DNA of 60,379 bases, the filler included, from Basidiobolus ranarum (Eukaryota), in assembly GCA_040143965.1 (NCBI GenBank). It is 6 parts of 6 records of this genome, joined end to end, with 100 filler letters (N's around TTAATTAATTAA, not from the genome) between each part and the next. Parts side by side here need not be neighbours in the genome. Positions count along the whole stretch, not along the records: positions 1 to 10,001 come from JASJQH010000755.1; positions 10,102 to 20,087 come from JASJQH010000756.1; 4 more parts are not named here. One strand, given 5' to 3'. The stretch's first letter is position 1. Each line of letters starts with the position of its first letter. Below are positions 1 through 10,470 of this stretch, one piece after another. The position numbers and the translations under genes were made by a program. The notes beneath the pieces were generated by a model that worked only from the letters and a program-made list of their open reading frames with translations, was not told where the DNA came from and did no database searches.

Positions 1-218
1 CCCAAACCCCCTGCTTTCTTTTTTAGATGGTGGATTGCATCCCCCAAACCCCCTGCTTTCTTTTTATACTGGGAGGACTGCGTGCCCTAGACCCCCTCTT
101 TTCATCCATACCCTTACCAGAACATCTATACCCTAACCCTAAGGACTGTGTCCCCCAAACCCCCTCTTGTCATCCTTACCCTCTGTTACCCTTACCAGAA
201 AATCTATATACCCTAAGT
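1..218. repeat. C-rich modular repeat (CCCCAAACCCCCT / TACCCTTACCAGAA modules) with a CCCTAACCCTAA stretch
   Basis: Module cccaaaccccctgctttcttttt recurs at 1 and ~44, and cccccaaaccccctctt at ~152. CCCTAACCCTAA lies at 131-142. The ~37-140 block recurs at 1160-1270. Confidence 0.8.
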
Positions 219-787
219 CAGAGATACAATATAATGATATGGTAATAGTTATGTGCACTATGGAAGTAAACAAGTTTTTAAAAAGAGGATCACATTTGTA
301 GTGCATGTTGACAGTCTACCACCAACTTAGCCCCTATAAAATCAGGGGCAATGCATAAAGGCATGTTTATAGTACTATGCAGCCTGTAAGTTAGTATGTT
401 TTTGAAATCATAGAGGGTTCTGTTGTGCACACTGCTTTTATTTATAGCATTTGGAATACCTTAGTGACAAATACCTTGCATTTTATACAACTTCTTAAAT
501 TTGTACCACCTTTGTGCTGTGTGGGCTACATAGCCCAAAAGTTTATTTATTGACTATTTATTGTTTTGTATATAAGTAAGCATATATGAAGCTTAGTGCT
601 AGTGATATGTCAATATTTGTAAAACATGAGTTGAAAGCATTTTATCAACACTTTCAATATTTCTAAATTTGTAATATAATTATGATATATCTAATATTCA
701 CTTTCTTCTTTATTTAATTTTGTAACCTTCATAAGGTTCTTACAAATATTACTAATTCGTAATGTTAATCAAGTTTCCTCATTACTC

Positions 788-1118
788 TCAATGGTATATA
801 AAGGATATTCTCAATAAGTAGTTTGTGAGTTATTAAGCAAAAAAGTAGCCAGTCTACTTATGGTAAAATTAAAATACTAAAAAGCTTTCAGAGTTGGAAG
901 GAATACATCTGCACTTTGGTTTCCCAGAGACTTTCAAATTAATAAAAATTAAAAACATATTCAATATCTGAGAAATTTCTCCAAATTCATAAAAATTATG
1001 AAAGCTAGAATAGGCTGTGTTATAGTGTTGGAAACAGTGTCTCTTCCTCAGAGGTGTCAAAGGTCAGAGATCTGACCTTTGGAAAATTTGGGCAAGCCCA
1101 ATTCTTCCCATATACTAG
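788..1118 (+). mobile_element. Non-autonomous Helitron-like element (~331 bp)
   Basis: Starts TC(aatggtatataaagg) exactly where similarity to the second copy (9830) begins, and ends CTAG (1115-1118) followed by T. Subterminal hairpin ggaaaatttgggc-aa-gcccaattcttcc (1081-1108) and a perfect 11-bp stem caaaggtcaga-ga-tctgacctttg (1058-1081). No TIR or TSD seen. Confidence 0.7.
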
Positions 1119-1140
1119 TGACTTGAGTATATTGTGACAG

Positions 1141-1270
1141 CAGGGTGTACATGGGCAATTGCATCCCCATACCCCCTGCTTTCTTTTTATACTGGGAGGA
1201 CTGCATCGCCCTGACCCCCTCTTTTCATCCTTACCCTCCCTTACCCTTACCAGAACATCTATACCCTAAG
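1141..1270. repeat. Second copy of the C-rich module seen at 37-140
   Basis: tgcatcccc..accccctgctttctttttatactgggaggactgc...ccccctcttttcatcc...cccttaccagaacatctataccctaa matches 37-136. Confidence 0.85.
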
Positions 1271-1691
1271 CTTTTCACCTCATTACTAACTTAATCCTAA
1301 GGTAAGCAATTCAAGTGGCAAGATGGTTTGATATGTGCAGGTTGGATGATTCTAGCCAATTAGAATTCTAGATTCTCATTTAGTCATATAAGATGACTAA
1401 CTATTAACATAAAAATCTAGAGGAGGTACTTTTTTAGAAATGGGAAACTACTGTATTTACCAAGATTGAAAATTTATATACTGCACTCAATATGGGCAAC
1501 TTCTGTGAACATCAAATTCAATAATCTATTAGAAACAGATTGATAAGTACTATCAATATCAAAGCGATTAACCGCTAGAGTATCACAAAGCAGCATAGAG
1601 TTCAAATACATTGTGTGCATAGAGTTCCAACTTACATAGCGTCAATACAACAATGGGATGATAAAGCTCACGTGGTAGTTGCTTATAAATA

Positions 1692-2660
1692 TTAATTGCT
1701 GTCGTATTTAAGCAACTGCGCCGGAGTTTTGAAGGTAATGAAACAATTAGCATTCCAGAACAGCCATCTATTATCAGGTCCCTTTACAGACATGCTTCGA
1801 AGTAAATTTCTGAGAATTGCCTTTTGCTGTTCAGTAGCGGTGGTCAAAACTTTCTTGGCAAAGAAAGCTAGTAGTAATTCGGCTTGCGCATCCATTTCCG
1901 TGCTTTCTTCCTTAAGGATGCAGCTTACATCAATGAACGTATTATATAGATTCGCCTGTACTAATGAATGTCTACTTAATAAGCGCGGAGCCCATGACGA
2001 ACGGAAATCTATATCTAAAGGATAAAGAGAGTAAATTGTCTGGAGTATATTAGTGCTGGTGAGTGTATATCCGTCTGCTGATTTTATGCCCGCAAGGAGG
2101 GGGAACTGGCAAGTACCGCCAGGTGAAGCATTATCAATCACCAGCAGGCCAGTGCTAGGAGTTAGAAAATCGATCATTCTACGCAAAGAGGGAGTTAAGG
2201 GACGAACAAAGTACATTGAATGAATACACAATACAAGATCGTAATTCTGAATGGTTGTTGGGAGAGTAAAATCTTCGAACTTCGTCTGAAACAGCTGAAA
2301 CGTAATATTCGGCACAATGAACTGTAGCGAATTTTCGAGCTCTACTTGTGTAGCAGTGAATGAAGAATCTATGGCCTCCGTGAATGCAGTAAAGCGGTTT
2401 GGATTTGGTTCGAGAGCATGGTACGTAATGTTTTGACATAGTGAAAGCAGTGTGTTACGGATGAGATGAAGATCAATTTCTCCATTACCGCATCCAACAG
2501 AAAGCACACTCAATTCTTCTTTCTTTTCAACGAGTTTGGCAATATTCTCTGCCAGCCATACTTTTGAGCTAAGACCTTTGTCGGTAGCCTGCAAGAATGT
2601 GTTGAAGGAACGGGTGTAATAGTCGTGAGATGTAATGAGGTTTGGTAAACTATCAAACAT
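1692..2660 (-). CDS. Class I SAM-dependent methyltransferase, histamine N-methyltransferase-like; single exon, 322 aa
   Basis: Motif I VLSVGCGNGEID, acidic post-motif-I LEPN, and YDLVLCIHSMYFV resembling the HNMT family. Uninterrupted ORF. Confidence 0.85.
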   Translation of the reverse strand: MFDSLPNLITSHDYYTRSFNTFLQATDKGLSSKVWLAENIAKLVEKKEELSVLSVGCGNGEIDLHLIRNTLLSLCQNITYHALEPNPNRFTAFTEAIDSSFTATQVELENSLQFIVPNITFQLFQTKFEDFTLPTTIQNYDLVLCIHSMYFVRPLTPSLRRMIDFLTPSTGLLVIDNASPGGTCQFPLLAGIKSADGYTLTSTNILQTIYSLYPLDIDFRSSWAPRLLSRHSLVQANLYNTFIDVSCILKEESTEMDAQAELLLAFFAKKVLTTATEQQKAILRNLLRSMSVKGPDNRWLFWNANCFITFKTPAQLLKYDSN

Positions 2661-3320
2661 GATAGCTAATCTGATAGAAGAACAAACACATGGTAGTTTT
2701 TAACATTCTGGATTCTACAACTTTCAGGGGAAATTCGTATGGCGTAACAATGTTACTATTCTCCCTTATCGACATTTCCTGCATTGGGCCTTTTTAACTC
2801 TTTAAGTTGAACTCAGGGGCTAGTGTGTCAACTCTATGGGCACTATTTAGCACATGAACCATTTTCATTATATCATATATGGAATAACAAGTAGAGTACG
2901 AAGTCGATCCAGGATAGTGAAGGGAGTTTTAACCTGAGTAATGTTTCCATCGACAGAATAATCAGCTCTCTCAACCCAGTCTTAAGTCTAATAAGAAAGC
3001 GCTCTCTGTGGACACTGTTTGAATCTATTCTATGATGCTTAACTAGGCTCCCCTTATTAAGCGCTATTTTTGTAACTTTATAGCTCAACTATAATACTTA
3101 GCAAAGCATCTACTTAGTCTTGTTGGAAACATGGCAATATCCAAATATTTGTTTAGTTTGGTTTTCTTAGAACTGGCTACAATATCTCTACAGATTCCAC
3201 ACACTGTTATTTCTACCCATATCCTCTGATTGATGCACTCGTATGAGCCCCCTTCATATGGAATTGGTTCAATTTTCTCTTTTGATGAGGGTGCACTACC
3301 CCATTAACACAACCGATGGA

Positions 3321-3355
3321 GAGCACTGCAAGCTGAGCACTGCAAGCTGAGCACT
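3321..3355. repeat. 14-bp tandem repeat x2.5
   Basis: gagcactgcaagct gagcactgcaagct gagcact. Confidence 0.9.
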
Positions 3356-3891
3356 TTTGCCGACTACACTAGTATATGTGCATTGGTGATAGTAACATGA
3401 CACATACAGGTGAATGTGATTCGGTAATGTCGGCTCTTCCGATGAACTAGATTTGAGCATAAAGCTAATATAAGAATCCCCATGTCAAACAATGCTGAAA
3501 TCAAAAATATGTGATTTGAACCCTCCTTACTCACGAATGCCATTTCCACAGAAATCATCCTGACTATAGCAAGGATCAATGCCATCTTCGTTTTAAACTT
3601 TAAGTGGAGTAGTATGACCAATGGATTAGAGCACTTTGGCAGGCTGATTTCCCCCAATGGTCACAATTCAGTGATGGACATTGTTTGTACCATCGTATTG
3701 TATAAATAGTATGCATAATCCAGTGTAGTTTAATTTGCTTAAATTATTTGATATATAACCCTAAGACTCACATTACAGTCAATTAACGCCATTCCCTTTC
3801 CCACAACCTTGTTTCTTAGTATGCATATATTAATTTTAATAGATACCTAATTGCACTCGTTAATAATGAGCCAGATATAGATACACCGCCT

Positions 3892-3949
3892 ATCATTACC
3901 CCTAATCATTACCCCCAATCATTACCCCCAATCATTACCCCTAATCATT
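3892..3949. repeat. 13-bp minisatellite x4.5
   Basis: atcattacccc(t/c)a repeated four times plus a partial copy. Confidence 0.9.
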
Positions 3950-4388
3950 ATGCAAGTATATATGATTCTATTCAGTTATTGGTCAACATTTCAAATGTTA
4001 AAAGCTGTTTCAGCAAAATTGTTAACTATATCTAGTGTCCTTGTGAAATGGGTTATAGCTGACTAATCTGGTGATAACTTCATTATTGAGAATGTATGCA
4101 CAGTGAGGAACTCGATTACATTTCATAACTGTGTGCAAGCATTAAATTCTTCAGTTAATTTTGAAGTGAAGTAAACCATCCGCTAACCCCTGGCATGATC
4201 TTGAGAAATATAAGGTGACAAATACTGAAACAATGGAAAGTAAGTTTGAATCTAATGTAAGATATGGCCCTGCATCCAAATTTCTGTTGGATCTAATCAC
4301 ACAAATTCAATCAAAGCCTACGTCGCTAGGATCATTGTGGGTCAGCATTGGCCCTTATCTGCTTTGACCTGCTTGATCGTCATGCTGA

Positions 4389-4670
4389 ATATTGCCACGT
4401 AAAGTGTACCAGATGATGAGCGATGATGTCTAGTAGGTTAAACTGCAGAAATATGGAATTGAGGTCTGGTTTGAATGCTATCCAAGATAAGCCCCTACAC
4501 GATACTGTGCATGAATTACTTTAAACCACAGAAATTCAATCACGTGGCTCCATCGTTAGGTTCATGACGAACCATAAGCCTCATTGATTGGAGTGCTATA
4601 TATTGCCACGTAGGCTGTGAGTATTCTTAAGATAAACTAGGATGCATTGATGGAGATGGTAGAATATAAA
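4389..4670 (+). promoter_or_regulatory. Putative promoter of the MpaB-like gene with repeated GCCACGT boxes and TATA
   Basis: Exact 13-mer ATATTGCCACGTA at 4389-4401 and 4600-4612, CACGTGGC at 4541-4548, and TATAAA at 4665-4670 (about 50 nt upstream of the ATG). Confidence 0.5.
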
Positions 4671-4716
4671 ATAGCAACGGCGAGACATCTAGTCTGGTAT
4701 CTTACTTAGTGTCCTG

Positions 4717-5760
4717 ATGTGGGGACTGTTGCTAGCCTCCACTGTTCTTAGTCTCTACCTTTTAGCGGTTAGAATACAGCGTTTTAAGCGAAGAAATCAT
4801 ATCAAGAAGCTGGGGGAACCATTACAAGACAAAGCCAAACCCCACCTTGCCCGAGCATATTATGAAATATATAGAGCAACCAGCAACGAATTTCCACTAA
4901 TGATGGAGTTCGCCTTTTCAATTACCTACGTCTACCTGTGTGGAATACCTAGCATCAACAAACTTCTCATTTCCACACATCAATTCATTGACAAATCTGA
5001 GAAGCGCTTCGAAGACACCGATCTACTGATGCGGGAGTTTATGGAGAATCTACCAAACAGTGAGCGATCGGATCTAGCATTTCGCAGAATTAACCTTTTC
5101 CACAGCCACTACCAGATAAAAAACGAGGATGCATGGTATCTACTAGGTCTCTATGTGTTTGTCCCTATCGACATGATAGCGAAGTATGAGTGGCGCCCAC
5201 TATTGAGGGTCGAGAAAGAGGCAATGTATCAATTTTGGGTGAATTTTGTGGGGCGAAAGCTAGGATTTACCCAGCATATCCAGGCCAATAGTTTCCAGGA
5301 GTTTGAGACTTGGTTTCGTGAGTACCATACCCAAAACCAAGTCCATCACAAGGTAAATACCATAATGGGAGAAGTCACACTGGATTACTTCCGAGCATCA
5401 ATGGCCAAATATTTGAAACCGCTCTCAGATACCATCATCCTACATTTCTGCAGCTCTCAAGTGCGACATGCCATCTTTTTCGAGCCTTCTGTCCCGGATA
5501 GTCTCAATCCAAGATTGATGAAGTCGTGGTGGATGTCGGGACTCATTGATGGCTTGCTTCAACTCCGTAGATTTATCATCAGATACTTCTTGCTTCCTCA
5601 CACTGGTGAAATTAGACGCAGCCCTGAGACTATGGGCTCTAACCACTGTTATATCCCTAACTGGGAGATATCCGCTGGCTGTCTTTATTCAAAAGGGTAC
5701 ATGACCGAGGCGCTGGGCCCTGAGAAATTTGGTACACAACTTGGAAAGTTATTTGATTGA
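4717..5760 (+). CDS. ER-bound oxygenase MpaB-like / DUF2236 (rubber-oxygenase-like) protein; single exon, 347 aa
   Basis: N-terminal membrane anchor. Family motifs KRFEDT, RRINLFHSHY (candidate haem His), IKNED, and WRPL..EKEAMYQFW. Confidence 0.85.
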   Translation: MWGLLLASTVLSLYLLAVRIQRFKRRNHIKKLGEPLQDKAKPHLARAYYEIYRATSNEFPLMMEFAFSITYVYLCGIPSINKLLISTHQFIDKSEKRFEDTDLLMREFMENLPNSERSDLAFRRINLFHSHYQIKNEDAWYLLGLYVFVPIDMIAKYEWRPLLRVEKEAMYQFWVNFVGRKLGFTQHIQANSFQEFETWFREYHTQNQVHHKVNTIMGEVTLDYFRASMAKYLKPLSDTIILHFCSSQVRHAIFFEPSVPDSLNPRLMKSWWMSGLIDGLLQLRRFIIRYFLLPHTGEIRRSPETMGSNHCYIPNWEISAGCLYSKGYMTEALGPEKFGTQLGKLFD

Positions 5761-6306
5761 AGTTTGCCACTTGGGCAAGATTTCTCTTGGAATCCATTCG
5801 AACTCGATTTTTGGTTACATCATTGGCTGGCTGAATGGATTCCACTTGGTCTGCCATTTCCAAATGTAAAGCAGAAAATCCTCCGCTACGTACAAATTTG
5901 AATTTTACCTATGGTTATGCTTCCTCTGTGGTAAATAAGCGCTAAATTTTAATATTCGTATCGATGCCGGAATAAATGTTTTCAAAACTGGGGATCGGCA
6001 AAAAGCATCTAGATCGTAGTCGAGTAGTTTGTGTGACTGATTTAGGGACGTATATCCTAAGTAGTCACTTCACGAGATGATTTAGAATAATTAAGAGATG
6101 TTCTCATTGAAACTTCCTTTTATCACCAAGAATTAGGACTTTCATCCGAGCTGGGCTCCTCACATGTTGAGTGGATTCTCCTTCGTAAGAACATCGCTTC
6201 ACGTTACATTCGTTGATGTGAGTTGCACAATTGAAACAAATGCTCTGAATTCCCTGATAGTTAACCCCCAGACCATCAGATGAAAGCTTGATGAACTAAC
6301 AGTGTA

Positions 6307-6358
6307 TGCATCAGTTGTGTATTCATTCTACTTGCATCAGTTGTGTATTCATTCTACT
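6307..6358. repeat. 26-bp perfect tandem duplication
   Basis: tgcatcagttgtgtattcattctact x2. Confidence 0.9.
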
Positions 6359-6464
6359 GGTAAAAAGGACTGTTACATCGTTTTTATTCATAGGCTAAAA
6401 AGCAGTTTGGTTATTAGCACTTTCATATATATATGATGTCAGCAGCGAACCAACATGACACGAG

Positions 6465-8078
6465 TTAAACTGGTACAGCTTCGACAATTGACATGATTGC
6501 TCGAATTTGCCAAACCTTACGAACTTTGAATCCTGAACACTCTAGTAAGTTTGACAACTCCTCTTGACTTCGCTCTTTATCCCCATTGAAAACCCTCAAG
6601 AACAGAGTCACCTGTGCTGCTAGTCGGTCGGAAAGCTCTGCATTCTGTGGCAGAATAATTTCTGAAATCAACAGAGTTCCATTTGGAGGAATTACTGCTC
6701 TGATATTCTTCAATAATTGAATTACTTCAGAGTCTGCCCAGTCAGCAACAACCCATCTCACGAAGTATACATCAGCACCTGGGCAAACAGACTTCTGGAA
6801 ATCGCCTGAAATAAAACTAGGATTAAAGAAAATACTGAAGCGGCAAAGTAGCGGATTTAGACACTACCACAATGGAAAGTAATACGCTCTAGCAACTCAG
6901 GATAGTTTGCATCCCAAATCTAAGAAGACTACCGTTAGTATTTCGCAGGATAATCGAGAGATAATGTGGCATAAATAGATACCTGTTTCGCTTGATTGAT
7001 CACTGTTTCCCGGTCAAAGAGTTGCCCACGAAGCTCAGGACGGTTATGCAGAAGGAAGCGTATAAACTGACCAACCCCGCCTCCAACATCTGTCACTGTT
7101 TTGCCGTTATGGCGAGTCCAATCATAATCTGAACAATTGTTAGTGATGCTGATCAATCTCTAAATATCACTAATATCACTAAGAACCTTCCACCAAGCCA
7201 GTATTAGTCAGTTGGGATAGACTCGCCAGGCCTTCTGCCAATTCCTTGACCATATGCAGATTCTCCGGTTTCTCAAGGAACTCATAGATACAATCGTCAG
7301 TATTATAGTACTCACGGAATGCTGTTCGTTGCTGATTGGGATCTAGGGCAAGGTCGAATTTGGTAAATACATTGTAGTTGGTTCCAGACCTGGGGAGAGT
7401 TAGATGAATTAAATGAAGGCCAAAACACTAAGACTTTGACGTTCTTACCAGTAGCCCACCCAGGGGAGCTGGCTTCTTGGATGATTCGCGCGAAGGAAGT
7501 CTGATATTCTGTTGTTGGCATAAATTTTAGATCCAACTTCTGTTTCTTTGAATAGTCCTGCGCGTATAATTGTTCGAAGCAACGTATCTGTACCAGTTGA
7601 AGAGTAATTAGCTACTTGGCATTATGCATGGTAACAGTCACATTTTAAGCAATTTCTAAGTTGACTATTGCGATTACTATTAGAAATCATTCAAACCAAG
7701 AATCTCCGGTCGTGCATTCACTTTTTGGGCTAATTCATTCAAATGAAGCGGGCCGTCTTGTAGAGCATCAGCTACTCCGTATTTACACAAGGCATAAATA
7801 GCTTTACTCTCCACAAAAGCACCAGTCAACTGACTAAGATACGTAGCTGGTGGAACTATTCTTGTTTGCAGACGATCCAATGCAGAGGATAAACGCTGCG
7901 CCGCTTTCCAAGCCTCCAAAGGTAAGAGAGATTGATCAGGGGAGTTGCCATCTAGATCATCACACACTCCAAGTCCCTCAATATCTTCAGCCAACCGGGT
8001 GGCCTGCGTCGTCAACGCATCAAATTTCTGGGTTAATGTAGCAAAAGTTCTTTCTTCAGAATTAGAAGTTGGGCTCAT
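6465..8078 (-). CDS. O-methyltransferase-fold protein (dimerisation domain + Methyltransf_2), 6 exons
   Basis: The spliced reading gives the winged-helix region GVADALQDGPLHLNELA, then YANNRISDFL, VTDVGGGVG, LFDRETVI, GDFQKSV..GADVYFVRWVVADW and KERS. Five GT-AG introns restore the frame (first intron 7696-7588). Confidence 0.9.
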
Positions 8079-9829
8079 ACTTGAATTAGGCTTGAAGTAA
8101 ACTGTGAGGAGTTGTTGTAAGCTCTATATATACTTATTGTTGACGCAATTTACAAGTTGAATGAGTGCCTGGCCAATGGGGATATGGTTAAAGCAACACT
8201 GAGACTTTGAAGTGTACGTAACACCCTAGTAGGTTGGCTACGTGGATAATAAGGAAATATTGGAAATAACCTCGCAACTTTACGAAGAGCAAAATACATC
8301 AGGTGATGATCCTTTTCTTCTTCAGATACTCAAGGTCATGATTTAACCCTATATTCTGTTGCCAATTTCATTCATTTACAAGCTTCCGTCCTGTAAAATA
8401 TTGTGTGGCTTCGTTTACTTTTCTAGGACCTTCGAAACACTTTTTTGTATCTATCCTAATGTTTTATCACCATTGTCTAGCACTGAGCCTATGTATAGGA
8501 AGGCTAGTTACAGAGGTGTGCAAACGTAACTTTCTTCACTGTTACCATCATATTTAATGGAGTGAAATTTAGTTAGTTGGATTTGCGGTGGTTATTGTAC
8601 TAGCATCAGTGGCTTTAATTAATATAGTTGCGGTACTTCAATGAAGCCATTGCAAGTCTCTAACATTGAACTAATTTTTCATGCATATCAGTCATAGATA
8701 GTTGATTGGGTCTGTCATACAGCTCAATTTAAAAATTTCTCCATGATATAATATCTGTCACCTTTTGGCACCTTCAAATGTGGCAAACTAACCAGTCAAT
8801 GAAGATTGTGAGGAAATTACTGGCTCCACCAGTTTTAATAGGAAAAATAGCATTGTAAATGGGCTCAGATGTACAACAAAGTGGTGCAGACTAGTATGAT
8901 AATCTTCCAGATATGGCAGTTAGTTTTTTTAATTAGTAAAATATCTTCTTCATGATTTATTCAAACTGCTATCGTTGAATCTTGCATATTTATCATGATG
9001 TACACCAAAGAAATTTTATCTTTTCTATGGTTTGTCACGCACTGGCAGTTAGCTATCACTCAGCACAAGAGTAGACACCTGGCTTAGTACAAAGTACTTT
9101 TGTCACTGCTTAAAATGTGGCAAAACTAATCATTTTATTCATAGAATTCCTTTCTATGTTGGTGACAAAATTACTGTACCTACTCTACATCTGTAAATAA
9201 GTCCATTTTGTAAGTAGAAAGTTCCCCTTGTTTCCACACACCCTAGTTAACTGATGAATTTTACTTACATTCACTATGAGAAATGAGAGGTGAAATATCA
9301 AAGAAAAATTGGCCAAGATTTCAGTTGATTCTGATTTGCCATTGGAACCCATTGTAATAAGGAAAGAAAATTGATTCCAAACTATTAAAAGTTGATTTAC
9401 AGCTCACCCAATCTATCTACCAGCTAGATTACAATGTATTATTTGTTAGAAACCTTTGTAAGATCTTCTCACCTACTTCACTATCATTGCATGTGCATTA
9501 AAAGACTTCATCTTATTCATTATATTATGAGAAAGTTGAGCCACTCTTCTATAGAACAGTATGCTGCTTTCATACCCTTGCATATTCTTCTTATGCTTAA
9601 CAGAAAGTTCCATGGTTGCATTGTAGCCATTGACTCTGAGAAACCCTGGATAGGCAATGTGACAATGGTCCATTAATGACTGTGTGACTCCAGGCCTCTG
9701 CTCATTCCCACGTTCTTTTTAATCATGCTACCTCTGGCAAGATTTCAGATGGCTTTCTTGATATCAGCCCACTGAACATCTGAATGTTAAACAATATCTC
9801 AGATTTTGGCATTTGTTGATTGAATTGTT

Positions 9830-10001
9830 TCAATAGTATATAAAGGATATTCTCAATAAGTAACTTATGAATTATTAAGCTAAAAAGGATCCAGTTTACT
9901 TATGGTAAACTTATAATACTTAAAAGCTTTCAGAGTCTGAAGGAAAACATCTGCACTTTGATTTCCCAGAGACTTGCAAATTTACAAAAATTAAAAAGTA
10001 T
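9830..10001 (+). mobile_element. Second copy (5' part) of the Helitron-like element, cut by the contig end
   Basis: Aligns to 788-960 starting from the same TC, with about 20 differences in ~172 nt by manual count. Confidence 0.75.
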
Positions 10002-10101
10002 NNNNNNNNNNNNNNNNNNNNNNNNNNNNNNNNNNNNNNNNNNNNTTAATTAATTAANNNNNNNNNNNNNNNNNNNNNNNNNNNNNNNNNNNNNNNNNNN
10101 N
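10002..10101. other. Artificial contig-joining spacer (N44-TTAATTAATTAA-N44)
   Basis: Identical 100-bp spacer containing a six-frame stop linker occurs five times. Confidence 0.98.
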
Positions 10102-10470
10102 ATAACCATTGCTGTGCGGCGTATCGTCCTCTATCCGATGATTCCAATACTGACTCACGGGTTAAAGATGGTGTTTATGACCACGCAATATACCGGGACC
10201 GTTTTCCCATATTATTTGAGGATCATAGGATTGGCACTGCTGAGCTCTCAGGGTATTTTCAACTCCGCGGTATTTCTGTTCGATCCAGCCTTGCAATCTA
10301 CTTGGCGTAGGAGAAGACTGCAACGTAGCATGTCTACCATTTCCAATGATCATACAAGTATTGTGATGGAGTGTAGTGACAAGAAACCAACCTTACAAAT
10401 CACTCACATGCCTCACTCACACACAAACCCCACAAATGTTCACTCTAATGATTTTATTAAGCAACTTTAA
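10102..10470 (+). CDS. 3' part of a cAMP-receptor-like / Git3-type GPCR (5' truncated by contig start)
   Basis: RRIVLYPMIP (TM6) and SSQGIFNSAVFLFDPAL (TM7) followed by a basic tail. Confidence 0.7.
   Translation: MTIAVRRIVLYPMIPILTHGLKMVFMTTQYTGTVFPYYLRIIGLALLSSQGIFNSAVFLFDPALQSTWRRRRLQRSMSTISNDHTSIVMECSDKKPTLQITHMPHSHTNPTNVHSNDFIKQL

Noticed and set aside
27-245. 72-aa Pro-rich ORF
   Set aside because: Translation of the C-rich repeat modules; no protein family signal.
3892-3949. Short repeat array as possible CRISPR or telomere
   Set aside because: No spacers, eukaryotic context, and a 13-bp unit; an ordinary minisatellite.
9434-9676. Overlapping short ORFs on both strands
   Set aside because: No recognisable motif; lies in CpG-poor, probably decayed repeat DNA.
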